From positions 59,210,001 through 59,274,000 of the forward strand of contig CM060731.1 of the NCBI GenBank assembly GCA_030704615.1: 64,000 nucleotides of DNA, in the 5' to 3' direction. Of the stretch, positions 49,056-62,300 are shown piece by piece (the stretch's first letter is position 1; every line of letters starts with the position of its first letter). The notes beneath the pieces were generated by a model. It saw only the letters and a list, made by a program, of their open reading frames with translations. It had not been told where the DNA came from and ran no database searches. This DNA comes from Takakia lepidozioides. Lineage: Eukaryota > Plantae > Bryophyta. The position numbers and the translations under genes are program-made.

Positions 49056-49588
49056 GTGTCTGTAGTCAGGTAACGACGGATTGGTCAGTGAGAACCACCA
49101 CGGTGCAGCTGAGCACGGCCTGCTAAGACCAAGCTGACTCTCCCAAGAACCTTATAAACATCTGGAAGAATACCAAATCAGGTACTAATAGGAGGCAAGA
49201 GCCCGCAATAGCAGGATGGAAAAAATTCTTCACATCGTACCTTAAGAAAACGCCACACCTTGCGATTGTAGTTGTCCCACCATTGTCAATCTTCTAAAAA
49301 CTCATGCCAGGTCTGCTCAGTGCTGCAAATTCAGGGCCGACTCTGATGAGAGGGCAAGATAGGCTGAAATAGGTCAAAGAAGAAGGTGCCCTCACCACGT
49401 TGTTCTTGACCTTGTGTCATGACCCATGGAGGATTTTCCCTCCCATCAACCCAAAAGGATCGCTTCGGTGTGCTGCTGGTGTCTGTAGTCAGGTAATGTC
49501 GGATTGGTCTTTGAGAAACCACCACAAAATGGCTGCTAAGACCAAGCTCACTCTCCCCTAAACCTTGTAAACATCAGGAAGAATACCA
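49056..49588. repeat. Pair of ~115-bp direct repeats (49056-49175, 49479-49588), probably retroelement fragments
   Basis: tgtctgtagtcaggtaa...ggattggtc...ctgctaagaccaagct...aagaatacca occurs twice. Confidence 0.7.
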
Positions 49589-50640
49589 TGCCCTGTGGAG
49601 AGGAGGGGAGAGGAGAGGAGGGAAAAGAGAAAGCCCGCGGAAGGGAAGGCGAACGCGGGAGAGGAGTGGAGAGGAGATAAGAGGAGGAGAGGGAAAAGAG
49701 AAAGCCGCGGGAGGGAAGGGGAGAAAGATCGCGGATAGAAAAAAAACAAAAAACAAACAAACAAAAGGATGATCCCGCGATTTGATCCCGCAGTGTATCG
49801 CAGCCTGAACATCGCTCTTACCACTACACTGCCCCTTAAAACTCAACATCCTCCTCCTGTAAAATTATATTTAAGGTGTTTTAAACCCCCCTATGTATGT
49901 ATAATGTTGTACATGGGGGGGGGTTAAAAATACCCCCTCCTGTGCACGCACGTGGCTGGTACATTTAATGAGGAGTGCACCCCCCGGGGGCTACCATGAC
50001 ATAGGAAATTAAGGGAGAAAAAATGGATTTTTGTACCAAATCCTGACATGGCAAGGAACATGGCGCGTAGCCACCTTGTTAGAGCTAATAATGGAGGAGT
50101 GAGCCTATAATCTTCTTTTTGTGTGCTTACCTACCTAGTTATTAAAGGAGTTGTTAATAAAATAAGAACCTTATATAAGTAGGTCTCTAGTATCTAGAAT
50201 CTAAATAAAATAAAATAAAAAATCTACATTAAGAATGGAATTACCAGACACTGTATAGCCTATGGTCTTGATAAAAGCGCCTTCAAATTGATTATATTTT
50301 TATTTAACACAATATCATCTTGCTAATGTTTACCCAATGTTTTTCCTAAGGTCTCAGTGTGAAGTGTGAACCTACCTACATGATCCCACATCACAAGAAA
50401 AATGTCATATTTTACAGTCTCTCCTGAAAATTCCTTAACGTCTACCTAAAAGATATGTGTCTAACTACAAGAGGGATAGAAAATGCAAAATCTGCTGGTG
50501 ATATTATCTAATGAAGTAAGACTGGTAAATGTTCGTGCAATTTGAAACTCATACAATACAATCATGTTGCATCATGGGGGACCTCCCAGCAATTCAGCTT
50601 TCTTTGTCTCTTACCAATTCAATTTTCTGTCTCTCTCTCC

Positions 50641-50807
50641 TTGAGCAGGTAGCCCAGTAGTTGGGTTGCATAACCTAGGTGATCCTGGGTTCAATCCTTC
50701 AACATGTGCCTTCAGACCGTCCATTGGGCCCTCGATGGCCTGTGTGTTGAGCAGTAGGCTCTGAAATTCACTGACGTTAAAGAAACTTTATCTTTATCTT
50801 ATCTTTA
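50641..50807 (+). mobile_element. tRNA-derived SINE, second copy (deletion between the A and B boxes)
   Basis: Near-identical to the reverse complement of 43604-43772; tail TTTATCTTTATCTTATCTTTAC. Confidence 0.8.
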
Positions 50808-50881
50808 CATACTTGTGTATTTGTACATGGGGTGACGGTAGAGAAAACAATTCACTCAACTACGTACAGCCTTTATCTTAA

Positions 50882-51691
50882 CCCTTAAGTTTCCAAGCCT
50901 TTTTTTGACTTTTTACCAATTTTGGGTACCCAGCTGTAGTAAATTGCTCCTAGAAACCTACCAAAAATCATCCAGAGATTCCAGCCTTATAGCAATGGGG
51001 ATTTATGCATGACATACCAAAAAAGGAGCCAAGTCCACCGTGGAAATTGTGAGATTTTAGCTTTGGCCCGGACCTCAAATATCAGGTCCCAATGAAAAAG
51101 TGAGAAAGAAATTGGTTTGACCAAATCAAAACCTAGCTTTATCCAATTTTGCTTGCCCCAAGACCCACCATTTCCAAATCAATAGTGGAGTGGCCATGAC
51201 CCCACTAAATTGCAGGTCCAACTGATTTTTTCACCTATGGTTGCTATTCATGCAATTACATGGGGGTTGAAATCTCAAAATTGACAAGAGAAAATGTGCC
51301 TCCAAATGAAGTACTTTTTTTTCTACAATTTTTTTAAAAGCCAATGGTGGATGTGTGTATGTAATGCTCACACACCACAAGGTGAAGTGCTTTTTCCAAA
51401 ATTGCTAATTTTCTGCCAAAAATGGCCTTTGGAGTGCAATCTGTTTTGGGCTTGTTTACTGCCACGTCAGCAAGCCCTTTTCAGGCCCCAAAACGTCAAT
51501 GAGAGATCTAAGATATTTTTTGCAGGTCGTAGCTTTTGTTTTTTTTTTAATTTTGTTTTTTTCATCATACTCGAGACAAATCCCTTGTCATTAAAGCTTC
51601 GGGAGTGGGCCCCATCAGACTAGATCTGCAAAAATTAGGTCGAACTGCAAATTCAAAGTGACCTGATTCAGGTCGCTTGGGAACTTAAGGG
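50882..51691. mobile_element. piggyBac-like MITE, 810 bp
   Basis: TTAA|CCCTTAAGTTTCCAAGC ... GCTTGGGAACTTAAGGG|TTAA: 17-bp TIRs with 16/17 match, CCCT termini, TTAA TSD, no transposase. Confidence 0.8.
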
Positions 51692-52130
51692 TTAACTATG
51701 CGTAGATTTAGCCTTGGTTAAAAGGGTCATCCTCGTGGTCTGATGGAGGGTTTCAATTTCTTTCCCTCCAATAATTCCAAATAAAGCTTTCAGGGTACTC
51801 CCAGTACTATCCCCTTTCCTTTAATATATATACACCAGACCAGTCACTGCAGGTCAGTGTACATAATTTGTGTCACATGGATTATTTCTTAGATGAACTG
51901 TAATATGTCAGTACAGATATTCATATTTCAATACAGATTCTATTCTTCAGATGTAGCTGTCTTCAAAACATCTTTTAAAAAAATAAAATAAAAGGCGAGG
52001 AAGCCCTACAAATCATAATTAATAAGAAGTCCTGGAAAAAATAACCAGGACAGGAGGCCATGAGGCACATCTTCTAATAAGTAATAAAGAAACCTAATTG
52101 ATTATATATATACATTTACCTTTGTACATA

Positions 52131-52225
52131 CAGACCGTCCATTGGGCCCTCGATGGCCTGTGTGTTGAGCAGTAGGCTCTGTAAATTCACTGGCCGTTCA
52201 AGAAACTTTAACTTTATCTTTATCT
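52131..52225 (+). mobile_element. 5'-truncated copy of the same SINE
   Basis: cagaccgtccattgggccctcgatggcctgtgtgttgagcagtaggctctg...aagaaacttta matches the 3' half of the 50641 copy. Confidence 0.8.
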
Positions 52226-53350
52226 CCCTCTGACTAATTCAACTTACTGTTCTTTTCTCTTTTTTTTTTGTTTTTTTTTGACAGAAGGAGGAGGTAGCCC
52301 CTTTCTTTTCTCTCCCTCTCAACCTCCCAAACAAAAAAGAGGGAAGGAAAGCAATTTATTAATTGTGTTGGGAGTCCAATGGGCACGAATAAAGCAACAA
52401 ATTTCAGAACCACAATAACTCCAAGCGGTCCAGAAGACAAGGAGAGGGGTCAAGAATTGAGCGAGAGTAGCACTCAGGTTTGGTAGAGCTCAGACCAAAT
52501 CTTAGAGATGCACCCCCAGACCATAGGGACTGGGTCTTTCCAGGATTATCCACCTGGAGTTCACAATCAATCCCTGTGTTGAACAACACAACATTAAAGC
52601 CATGTAAATGACATGTAATGCCTAACACATCATTGTTTGCACATGACAGTGCAGGCTTGCTAGGATCTCAAACTTCCTCACCAATTAGAGACTTTCGAAG
52701 TTTTTTTTGTCAAACTACTTTGTGTTAACTTAACCATGGAACCCAAGGAGACAACAGTCAACTGTCCAACCTATACCACGGATGAGGTGGCTCAAGACTC
52801 AAGACCCACCTGGATCTGGCACATACAGAATATCATTTGGTCAACACCTATCTTGCATTGGATAGGTAGGACCTCTAGAAAATTGCATAGACTTCTGTAT
52901 CAAATACATTTTAACTTCACAGGAGTTGAAAACAAGTTGGAAGCAGCCCGTCTTATCATAGCACTGCAGAGTCTGCAGTATAAAATCTGTTGCTAACGAA
53001 TCATTTAGCATCTAAAGGTGACAATCAGAACCATGAGATATGTAATTTCAGGCAGGGACATAAATGCAAGCAAGAGACAATCCACCCTACAGAGGAACAG
53101 TTTGGAGATGATAAATCTTACAACTGAATAGAACCCTTTATGACCCTCACACTAGACTGCTGTCTGGTTACAACTCCTACACCATTCAAAAGTATTTGGC
53201 ACAGTATGGATGAGGGAGCCATCCTGTGGGTACTGCACCTGCCACCTAAACTGCCCAAATTGAGCAAGGGCAGGGCACGGCAATGGCCATGAGGCAAACA
53301 CATTCCAATTGGAGAAATTTACTAGAAACTGTCTATAAGTGCCTGTGGTG

Positions 53351-56300
53351 CTATCGTTTCCTCACTGCTTCCCAGGATATGGATCTGCCACACACCTTGC
53401 AAGCCACTGTTGTACCTGTTTTCACATTACCATCTATCAGCTGCTGGGTATGGTAGATTTCCTTGCATGTTGGAGGATGCACACCTGAGCTGTTGCTCAA
53501 GGGAGGCGGCACACCCTCGGAGGGAGCCCATCCTGTACCTTCGGCATGGAAGGACTCCCAAGCCAGTCTCTGTTCTTCTTTTGAAAGCTTCTCGTCCTCC
53601 AGATCCTCCAAGAGAGGTTCATGCTCATGATATCGAACCACCCACCTGCACCACACAAAGACATTAAACACATTGATTTCCATGTCCCTTTTTTGGCTGG
53701 AATGTCTTTCAGTGTGTCTGGCAGTAGTCATAGCAGGTGGCATTCCATTCTAGTATTAAGCTGCATGTTTGGTGCCAACAACAACTATCCATACCACACT
53801 TAGTAGTAAATGTCTGAGGCAGTCTTCATCTTCCATGGTATGAGACCAATAGAACCATCGAGAGCTTGGCACCTCTACAAGACGTGTCCAACTGGGAGAG
53901 GCCTCCCAAAGTTGCCTGCAGCCAAACCAGAGTTGTATAGCTCCATGCAAATCTCTGCTGAATAAGGAGTACTGCTCTTACCATCTTAAACGTGGGCTCA
54001 AACATAATCACAAATAGCTCCACAGGTGGTCCAATCTCAGAGAACCAGCACTTTGTGCAGACATCACTCATGTGACACCTACCAGTTTGTCAGGTTTGGT
54101 ATCTTACCGGGGACGATACTCAAGAAGGAGTCTTCCCATCAAATCATCACGAGGTGGGGCATCATCAGGGATTGAGAATGCTGAATGCTTGGATTTCGTT
54201 GATGGGCCGGCCATCCCCTCTTGTACAGGAGCACCACATTGAACTCTTGCCGGGCTTTCAGAGGCACTTGTAGCAAGGGCCGGCTTTAGAGAGCAAGTTT
54301 TATCCAAGTCTTGCAGATGCTCACCCAGTGTGTCTTCAAATTGAAACCCATCGTCATCCTTGTCCAGCATAAATAGGAACTCCAGGTCGTCTTCGACAAA
54401 AAAGCGGCCAACCTGGTGTGCATCAAGTACCCTTGCAGCCAACCCTTCCTTCGCCACCTGCAACTATGATTGTCACTAACAGCAACGTGTACTTGGATAG
54501 ATTGTACTCATAAGACGTTGTTTGCCGTAGCCTTGTGGCCATTGACCCCGCGCCACTTGGATAGAGAGAAGGAAAGAAGTGCAGAGTACGCTGATGGACA
54601 GAAGAGAGACAAGCAGGAAGGAAAGAAATTTAAGTGGGCAACTGGACTGCAATAGGAAAAGCTTCAATCTTTGGCCTTGCCACTTTCCTCCTAAAGAGGA
54701 GAAAGTCAAAACAGAGGAAAGGAACACAAGGACTGGGCTTTAAATGACAAGCATTCACTGTTGTGTGTGAGCTTAAATTCCTCTGCCCAGAACTTTTCAC
54801 TTAATATGACCTCATGCCATATGCTATGTGTGGTCAAAGAAACATAACATCTTTATGTGAATTGGACAAATCATTGGTATGGTGCTTCTGCAGCTGTTTG
54901 GAATCACCTGCCGATTGTAGATCTTTTCCTCCATAGTGCCAGAGGCCAGAAGCCGGTAGGCATATACATTCTTCTTCTGCCCAAACCTGTACATTTAAAA
55001 CAATGCATTTTTTAGGGTGAATTGTATTCAGATTATTACACTAGTCAATTAAACCAACAGACAGTAGGTGATTCTCCACCAACTTAGGCAGTCAATCAGA
55101 CTACCGAAGATCCGATGTAAATCTTGTAAGACCAACAAGACTAACTCTTATAGCTGTAATTGGCCAAGAGAGATCTACACGTTACCAGTACCATTTCATG
55201 TCATTTCCTTTCTCTCTGGGCCACAAGGCTATGGCAAACGTCTCATGGGAACATTCTCAATTCTCTTCTTTCTCTCTCTGTCTCTCCGGAAAGTTGTTCA
55301 AACTGCCAAGGGCAAAGCTCTGGGGCTCACTAAATTTTTCCACTGCAGAGGGGTCAACTCTGAGGTTAAGAAAACCATGCTTTGTCGCGTTATTAGACCT
55401 GCCTTGGAGTACGGATCTGCTATATGGGTTAATAACTCCAACCAGGCTAAGTCTCTAGAATCCATTCAAGTGGGGGTGCTTAAGGAGTGTATGTCATGCT
55501 CCAAAACAGCCAATGTGGCTGTTCGGGGTGAGTTTGGCATTCCGTCCTTAAGCTCCTGACGAGATGAATTCAAGGTCAGATGGTGGGGTCAGCTGCAACA
55601 TATGCCCAACACCAGATATCCTAAGTTAATCGACTCTATATCTTGGAAACAGGACCGCCCTGTCAAACAGGCTAAGTCTTGGCAGAAGAGAGTAGAAGAG
55701 ATTCTCAAGGACCTGGACCTGGATCCGCAAGTCTTGACCCTGCTGGATAAATCTGACTTAGAGGCTGTAGTGTCCTCAGCCATGTCTGTTGCCATGAGAT
55801 TGTCTGATGAAAATGAAGTTAGGCAGAAAACTTCCCTGAACTTGTTTCCAGTCAGTGACATGGGGGAGGACATCTTGGATGACCTCAAGGGTCTACCCTA
55901 GACTGAAATTTAAACTCAGGGCAGGAAGCCTACCTTTGAACAGCAAACAGAAGCAGAGACGAAAGGGAGAGTGCAATTGCCCGCTGTGTGGGCAATCTGA
56001 AGACAGTATTCACTTTCTGATACACTGTCCGGGGTTCTCTCACCAAAGAGACGCTCTCTTCAATTCTATCAAGGGAATTGTGCCTGTACCCCTGTTTAAC
56101 AACTTTGAAAGTCTCGAGGCTGAGCCAAAAGCCCAGGCCCTCCTGAGGCCTAGTTTTTGGGCAAATCACACACAGCAGACTGATGCTTGTGTGAAGGGAT
56201 TTCTAGAGGATATCTGGAAAACCTGGATTAATTCTTTATATGGAGGTAAGTCTTACTACCAACGTCAGCCCCTGACAGAGGTAGGTTCTGTCCGTTTTGT

Positions 56301-59300
56301 TCCCGCTCAAACTGGGCGCGGGGTCAATGGCCACAAGGCTACGGCAAACAACGTCTTATGAGTACAATCTCTACCCGAATGTAAGTGCCCGTTGTGTGGG
56401 CAACCTGAAGACAATATTCACTTCCTGATTCATTGTCCTGGGTACTCTCACCAACGGGACACCCTCTTCAATTCCATCAAGGAAATTGTGCCTGTACCTC
56501 TGTTTAACAACTTCGAAAATCTTGAGGCTGAGCCAAAAGCCCAGGCCCTTTTGGGGTCTAGCTATTGGGCAAATCACGCACATCAGATTGATGCTTGTGT
56601 GAAGGGATTTCTGGAGGATATCTGGAAATCTTGGATCAACTGTTTATTCCAAGGTAAATCATACTACCGGCGTCAGCCCCTGACAAAGGTAGTTTCTGTC
56701 CCTTTATGTTCCGTTCAAACTGGGCACGGGGTCAATGGCCACAAGGCTACGGCAAACAATGTCTTATGAGAACAATCTCTACCCGAATGAGTCCTTCACG
56801 AAGGTACTTTTGTTTCTGCCAAACTGGACATGGGGCCTATGGCCATGGAGATGAAGTGTCATGAGTCCATTTTTCCTGTCTCTCTCCATTTCCTGATACA
56901 TTGTCCAGGGAAAGTCACCAGAGAGTGACTCTCTTCAGGAACATCAAGAACATGGTTCCTGCACCTCTATTCCCCAACTTCGAAAATCTTGAGGCTCAGC
57001 CTAAAGCCCTGGCCCTGTTGGGGTCTAATGCCTGGGCAGCTCACATACAGCAATTTGAGGCTTGTGTGAAGGGCTTTCTAGAGGATATCTGGAAAAGCCG
57101 GATTAGTTGTCTTTATCAGGTAAGTCAAACTACCAGAGTGAGCCCCTCAAAGGTAGTATCTGTTCCTTATGTTCCGCCCAAACTGGGTGTGGGGTCTATG
57201 GCCACAAGGCTACACCAAACAACATCTTATAAGTACATTCTCACACAACCAGCCAACTGGGTAGAATGAAGCTGCACCTCCAGGCTCGAAAGAGGGCCTG
57301 CAAGTCGTGGGTTGGGTTCCAAGAGCCATCAACAATGATTACTCGGTTAGCAGCAGGTAGGTTGATCCCAATAGACCCCGCCCGGGTAGATATAAGCACA
57401 CATTGAATGTCAGTATTACTGGCATTGTTGAAACGCTCCACCATATCCTGCCTGGACTTAGCAGACGTTTGGCCATCCAACCTGGATTACACAACCACAA
57501 AACATGATTTACATAAATCCACCCTGCTCATAACAATGACCACATGAACAAAACTGCAAGAATAGTGCTTGACATTTCTTATCCTGTTCTGTCACTTCCC
57601 CATCTCATTATGTTCAAATTGGGTAGAGTCACAGTAGAGGTCAGAGATCATCTGTCTGTGTCCTACTCTTACAAAACCTAGACAGCCTAGACCTCGCTAA
57701 ACCCAGAACAAAGATAAAAGCACCAACAATGACAGCCCCGATGAACATAACTTTGCCATAACTATGTTGTTTGAGCACCATCAAATTCATGACCCATCTG
57801 CTGAGGTGGATTCATGCCAGATCAATCTAGTACTTGAACAGGCTAAGGACAGGACACAGACCAACCTGTGATTTAACCAGAAGTGTTCCAGGAGGAGTTG
57901 CACACATCATTATCATCATATGCCTTAACTAATTGCAGCATGTCTGACTCTGGGGGCTGATGCACAATATTTCATGATTGAAATTGAGCAAACCAAGTGC
58001 CATGAGGTACTGCAAAAATTTAACATCATCTGGTATTCTAATTTAGATACAGCTCCAGAGAGGACCCATGTTTCCAGGAACAGTCTGATACCTGTACCAA
58101 TCTCTTCCCAGCCTCCAAGATCCACCGTTACCACGTAGCCGAGGCAGTCTCCCAAGAAACGTTTCAATGAGATCAAGAGTGTGCAAGCTTTGGCTAAACA
58201 CAAGGGCTTTGTCGCCCCTGGCAGAGCACATGGAGAGAAGCTTCAGCAGTAGCACCATCTTGCCACTCGACTCCACAACTTGGCGTGCCTGGAACTCCAT
58301 TATGTCCTTCCACCAGCCTGACTTGTCAATCTGCTTGCAGAAAAATATGTTACAGGTTGTGCAGACCAGTAGCATGGGGCATGTGAACTGGCTGGGTTTA
58401 AAATTAACCTCATCCCACATGGTCTGGTTGTTTATCATTGAACTTACGAATGTATACTCTAAACACAAGGGACATTCACGGGATCTGCAGTAAGGCTCTG
58501 AAGGTGGCTTCTCCTCAGATTGAGAAAGCTTCAGGACAAGCATAGGTTTAACCCATAAACCCTGGATAAGGTGCCCTCTCAAAGATGTAACTTTCTAGTG
58601 CCTATTCCTGTATCACCAAACATATTATGTCTATATTCGTGTCCAGATGCCTCTGAATTGGAGTGCCTTGCATACCATACAGTCTGCACTTAAGAACTGT
58701 CCTATGGATGCCTATGAGACTAGGCTTGTTGATCATGGAGTTGCAAAAAACCTGAACCTCCAGCACAGGAAAGGGCCATATCTAGTACAAAACCTAACAT
58801 CCATAGAAAGTGACCATAAAGAAAGTTAGATCCTACCACCTCAAAAAATTTCAGAAAAATCCACAGTAGAAATTGGGAGATTATAACGATTTACTGGAGG
58901 ACAAAAGGCTACCCTGTGGAAAACGTGGGAGCCGTCATCCATGTCCAGCCCTTGCTTGTTTACTGACAAAATTTCTATAAAACAGAATTTTCTTTTTAAC
59001 TGATTTAAAAAGTGCCATTGTGTTGGAAATTGGATTTTTAATAACCACAGTTAAATGTGGACCAGCGACCACAAAGTGGTCACTTGGGCATTTAGGGGTA
59101 GTGGATCAATACACTTCCAAGTACTCCCCTCCTGCTTGCAGCGGACCAGGACAATATCAGAGATGAATTTCAAGACAACCATGGATACAGACGAATTACT
59201 TACATCCTCTAACTCGCCACTTGCCTTGCTGTTGTTCCGACCATTCCCCACCTTGTTCTTATCTTCTGCATATACAAAATTAGTTAAATATACATGAGTA

Positions 59301-62300
59301 ATAATTAAATGCATCAGAATGAATCAGAGGTGAGGGGGAGGAGAATTAAAGAATACATGGATGCACTATTGTTGTGGACTGTTCCTTATAAATATTTGAC
59401 GATGAAATTCCGTCAGGAGGAATCTAAACATCTGTCGAAGGCAGCTGTGGAGTTTTAGTCCAGCTGTACGTTCTGAAGTACAAAGCCAGCAACAATCCAC
59501 CAACAGGCGGTGTTTTGACCTAGAGGACAGATTATGCTACGAAACACATTGCTCTTTGTAGTCCCCAATATGGGATGAATGCAACACTGCAGTCACACTG
59601 TCTACGAAAGGTAGGCGAGGGAATAAAATCTATCACATTGAGAGAAGATGAGAAGCAGAAAGACTAACAACTTCTGTCCACCACAAGCCCACAAGGCCCA
59701 TGGGACCCAAAAGAAGCTTCTAAATGAGACGCAAAATTCCAAGACCACTTCTCCTTTGAATTTCTGATGCACTTGGAGGATGCGGTGCTCCCAGAGGTAC
59801 ACTAACCTATGATGATCCCCATAAATGAAGGCCTCTAATGAGGATAAGCAGTCACCACATCTCGCGGTAAAGTGGGCAAGAAAAAGATGACCATCCTGTC
59901 CACATTTTTAGAAAAAAAGAGAAAAAATCTTCATTACATGGACAGGACACCCACAATCCTGTTGCATATCAAGAGGTGTATAAGATACGGGAAGGGGTTG
60001 AGCAAGCCAACCTTTGGGGGTATCAACAATACAAGCTTCCACATCGTTGAGTACATCCTCATCAGTATCCACAATGAAGTTCTCAAGATTGTCCTCCTTT
60101 CTAAGATCTTTCTCCTCTTGAGCAAGTAATAACAGGTCGGGATGATTCCAAATCTTGAGTTTTTGCAGTAAGACACAATAATAAACCCTCTTAAAATGAT
60201 TAAACTCTCTACCTATCTACCTATGACTTTCCTGTTTTCAGTAAAAATGAAATGAAATGAAATGGTACTTTATAACGTCCGCAGAAAGCTCATAGAGCTT
60301 ATGGGAAAAAATGGAAGAAAACATGAGAGAGGAAAAAAAAACCAGAGCAAAAAATAAAACTATTGTTCGAGTGAGAAAGCCATTGAAAGCACAGAAAGGG
60401 GCTGAAAAAACCCTCTAAAGACAAAGAGAAAGGGAGTTAGCTGCCAAAGAAGCTAGCCTGATTGACCTATCACAAGTCCACGCCCTGTGAAAGTCAAGCC
60501 ACGAAGGCAACTTGAGCATCAAAGTATGCTCCTTGGTAGTCTCTGGCACCTCTCCCTCTACTTTCAAGGGAGGCAATCCCAGGGCATGTTGGAAGCGAGA
60601 GGGTGACACATCCTCATTTACAATCCATGGTGACTGTTGGCCATTGCCTATGGTCGTATCTCTGAGCCAGCAATGAGGTTTCTAATTGACAGTACAAAAA
60701 AAACCAGAAAATAAAATGGTGCTTGCATACAACCAACAATACTTACATTGCATTGGTGCTGCTCTAGTGGTTGGCAATGCTATTTACTGAAAACTACTGC
60801 AAACCTTCTCTCTAACATACATGTGAAACACAAGGTTATGGTTCGAAAACAGAGAGAGATAAGTAGGTCCTGACAGAGGATAAACATATATAAAATGAGG
60901 CAACTCCACTGACCTTGGCCAAGGCATGGTAGGCATTGAAAAGGAATTTACGGCAGCCCTGGGTCTCCATAGGGCCATCTGCCAAGAATCCATGAACTTG
61001 CAAGAATCGAGTGTAAAGATTGCGTTGCAAGGGAGACAATCTCACAGAGATCACATACGCACACTTGGAAGGCAACTCATCTTTCAAAACAGTCATATTT
61101 TTCCGTTGGACAAAGCCTTTGAGTTGCTTGTGCAACACATGGGCACGCTGCTTCATTAGCTGGACATCCCTTGATGTGGAGTCAGCATGCTGCCCATTCT
61201 CTATTGGGTTCTGGAACCTGTCACACAATATGATACATAAGGATCATCACACTATCCTGAAGGCACAAGAGCGACTACCATTCATCCCATTTGTTCGCAT
61301 CCACTCTGCCCATTAGAATTCTATCATGCACATCTGGCGCAGAGTTTAATAACATGGTAGTGAATCACTACCATTAAACTTTCATCTGTCTGGCTACCAT
61401 CAGCTATTGATGCATTGAAACACCATCATTAGGCGTTTCAACTATGGTAGACCATTTCAACCACAATGGTCTGGATACAGTACAACATCCCTGATGCAGG
61501 CAATCAAAGGCCAAACAGAAGTGATTAAGGGCAAGGATCTTCTCAGCTCATTTTGTTCCAGCTCTGTTTTACCAGGGTTCACAGAAACCACTAGGTTCTA
61601 AGGGCAGCATCTACAACAAAAGCAAGAGCTTGTCTACCAACCTTCTACAGCAGCAGAAGTTGCAAACAGCCGAGCAGTTTTCTGAGGAGAAACTAAATTG
61701 CCAGCAGAGAAGGAGAGGATGTCTAATATTTTTCCAGACCACCCTGAGCACCTTGCTTTTGTGCCACAATCACTGAAGTTGGGATGACAAGTCTGCAGGG
61801 AGCTAGGGAGTTCATGACATGTGAACTAAGGCAAATCTTCCTTGGTGATATATGTCATCACTATATGTGACCTGACTGTAGCTAAAACTGCTCTACTAGC
61901 TCTAAAAAGGCCATTTTTAAAATAGCTGGACTAGCCAGAGCAGAATGGTTTGGAATCCTGCCACATAATAGGGTGCTAAATACTTTTGCTATTTGGGGTA
62001 GGTGTTACCAGTAATATGTTGTGTCAGACCAAGGTCTGGGAAGGTGGCAAATGCAGTAGTTCTTTTATGGCAAGAAAAATAAACAGAGACATGGGGGAAT
62101 GATCGGGATAACAGGGAGTTAATGGAATGACGGTGGACAGAGCAGGAAATGTAGGAGGTCAACCGACTGGTTCGATTCCAACAGAATCGCACCCAATTGG
62201 CATGGGCGCTTTTGCACATCATGCTCAACGTCCATAATCACCACCTCTTGCACACCAAACCTCAGGTGTGACTCCTCTTCCAGACATGTAGGAAATGAAA

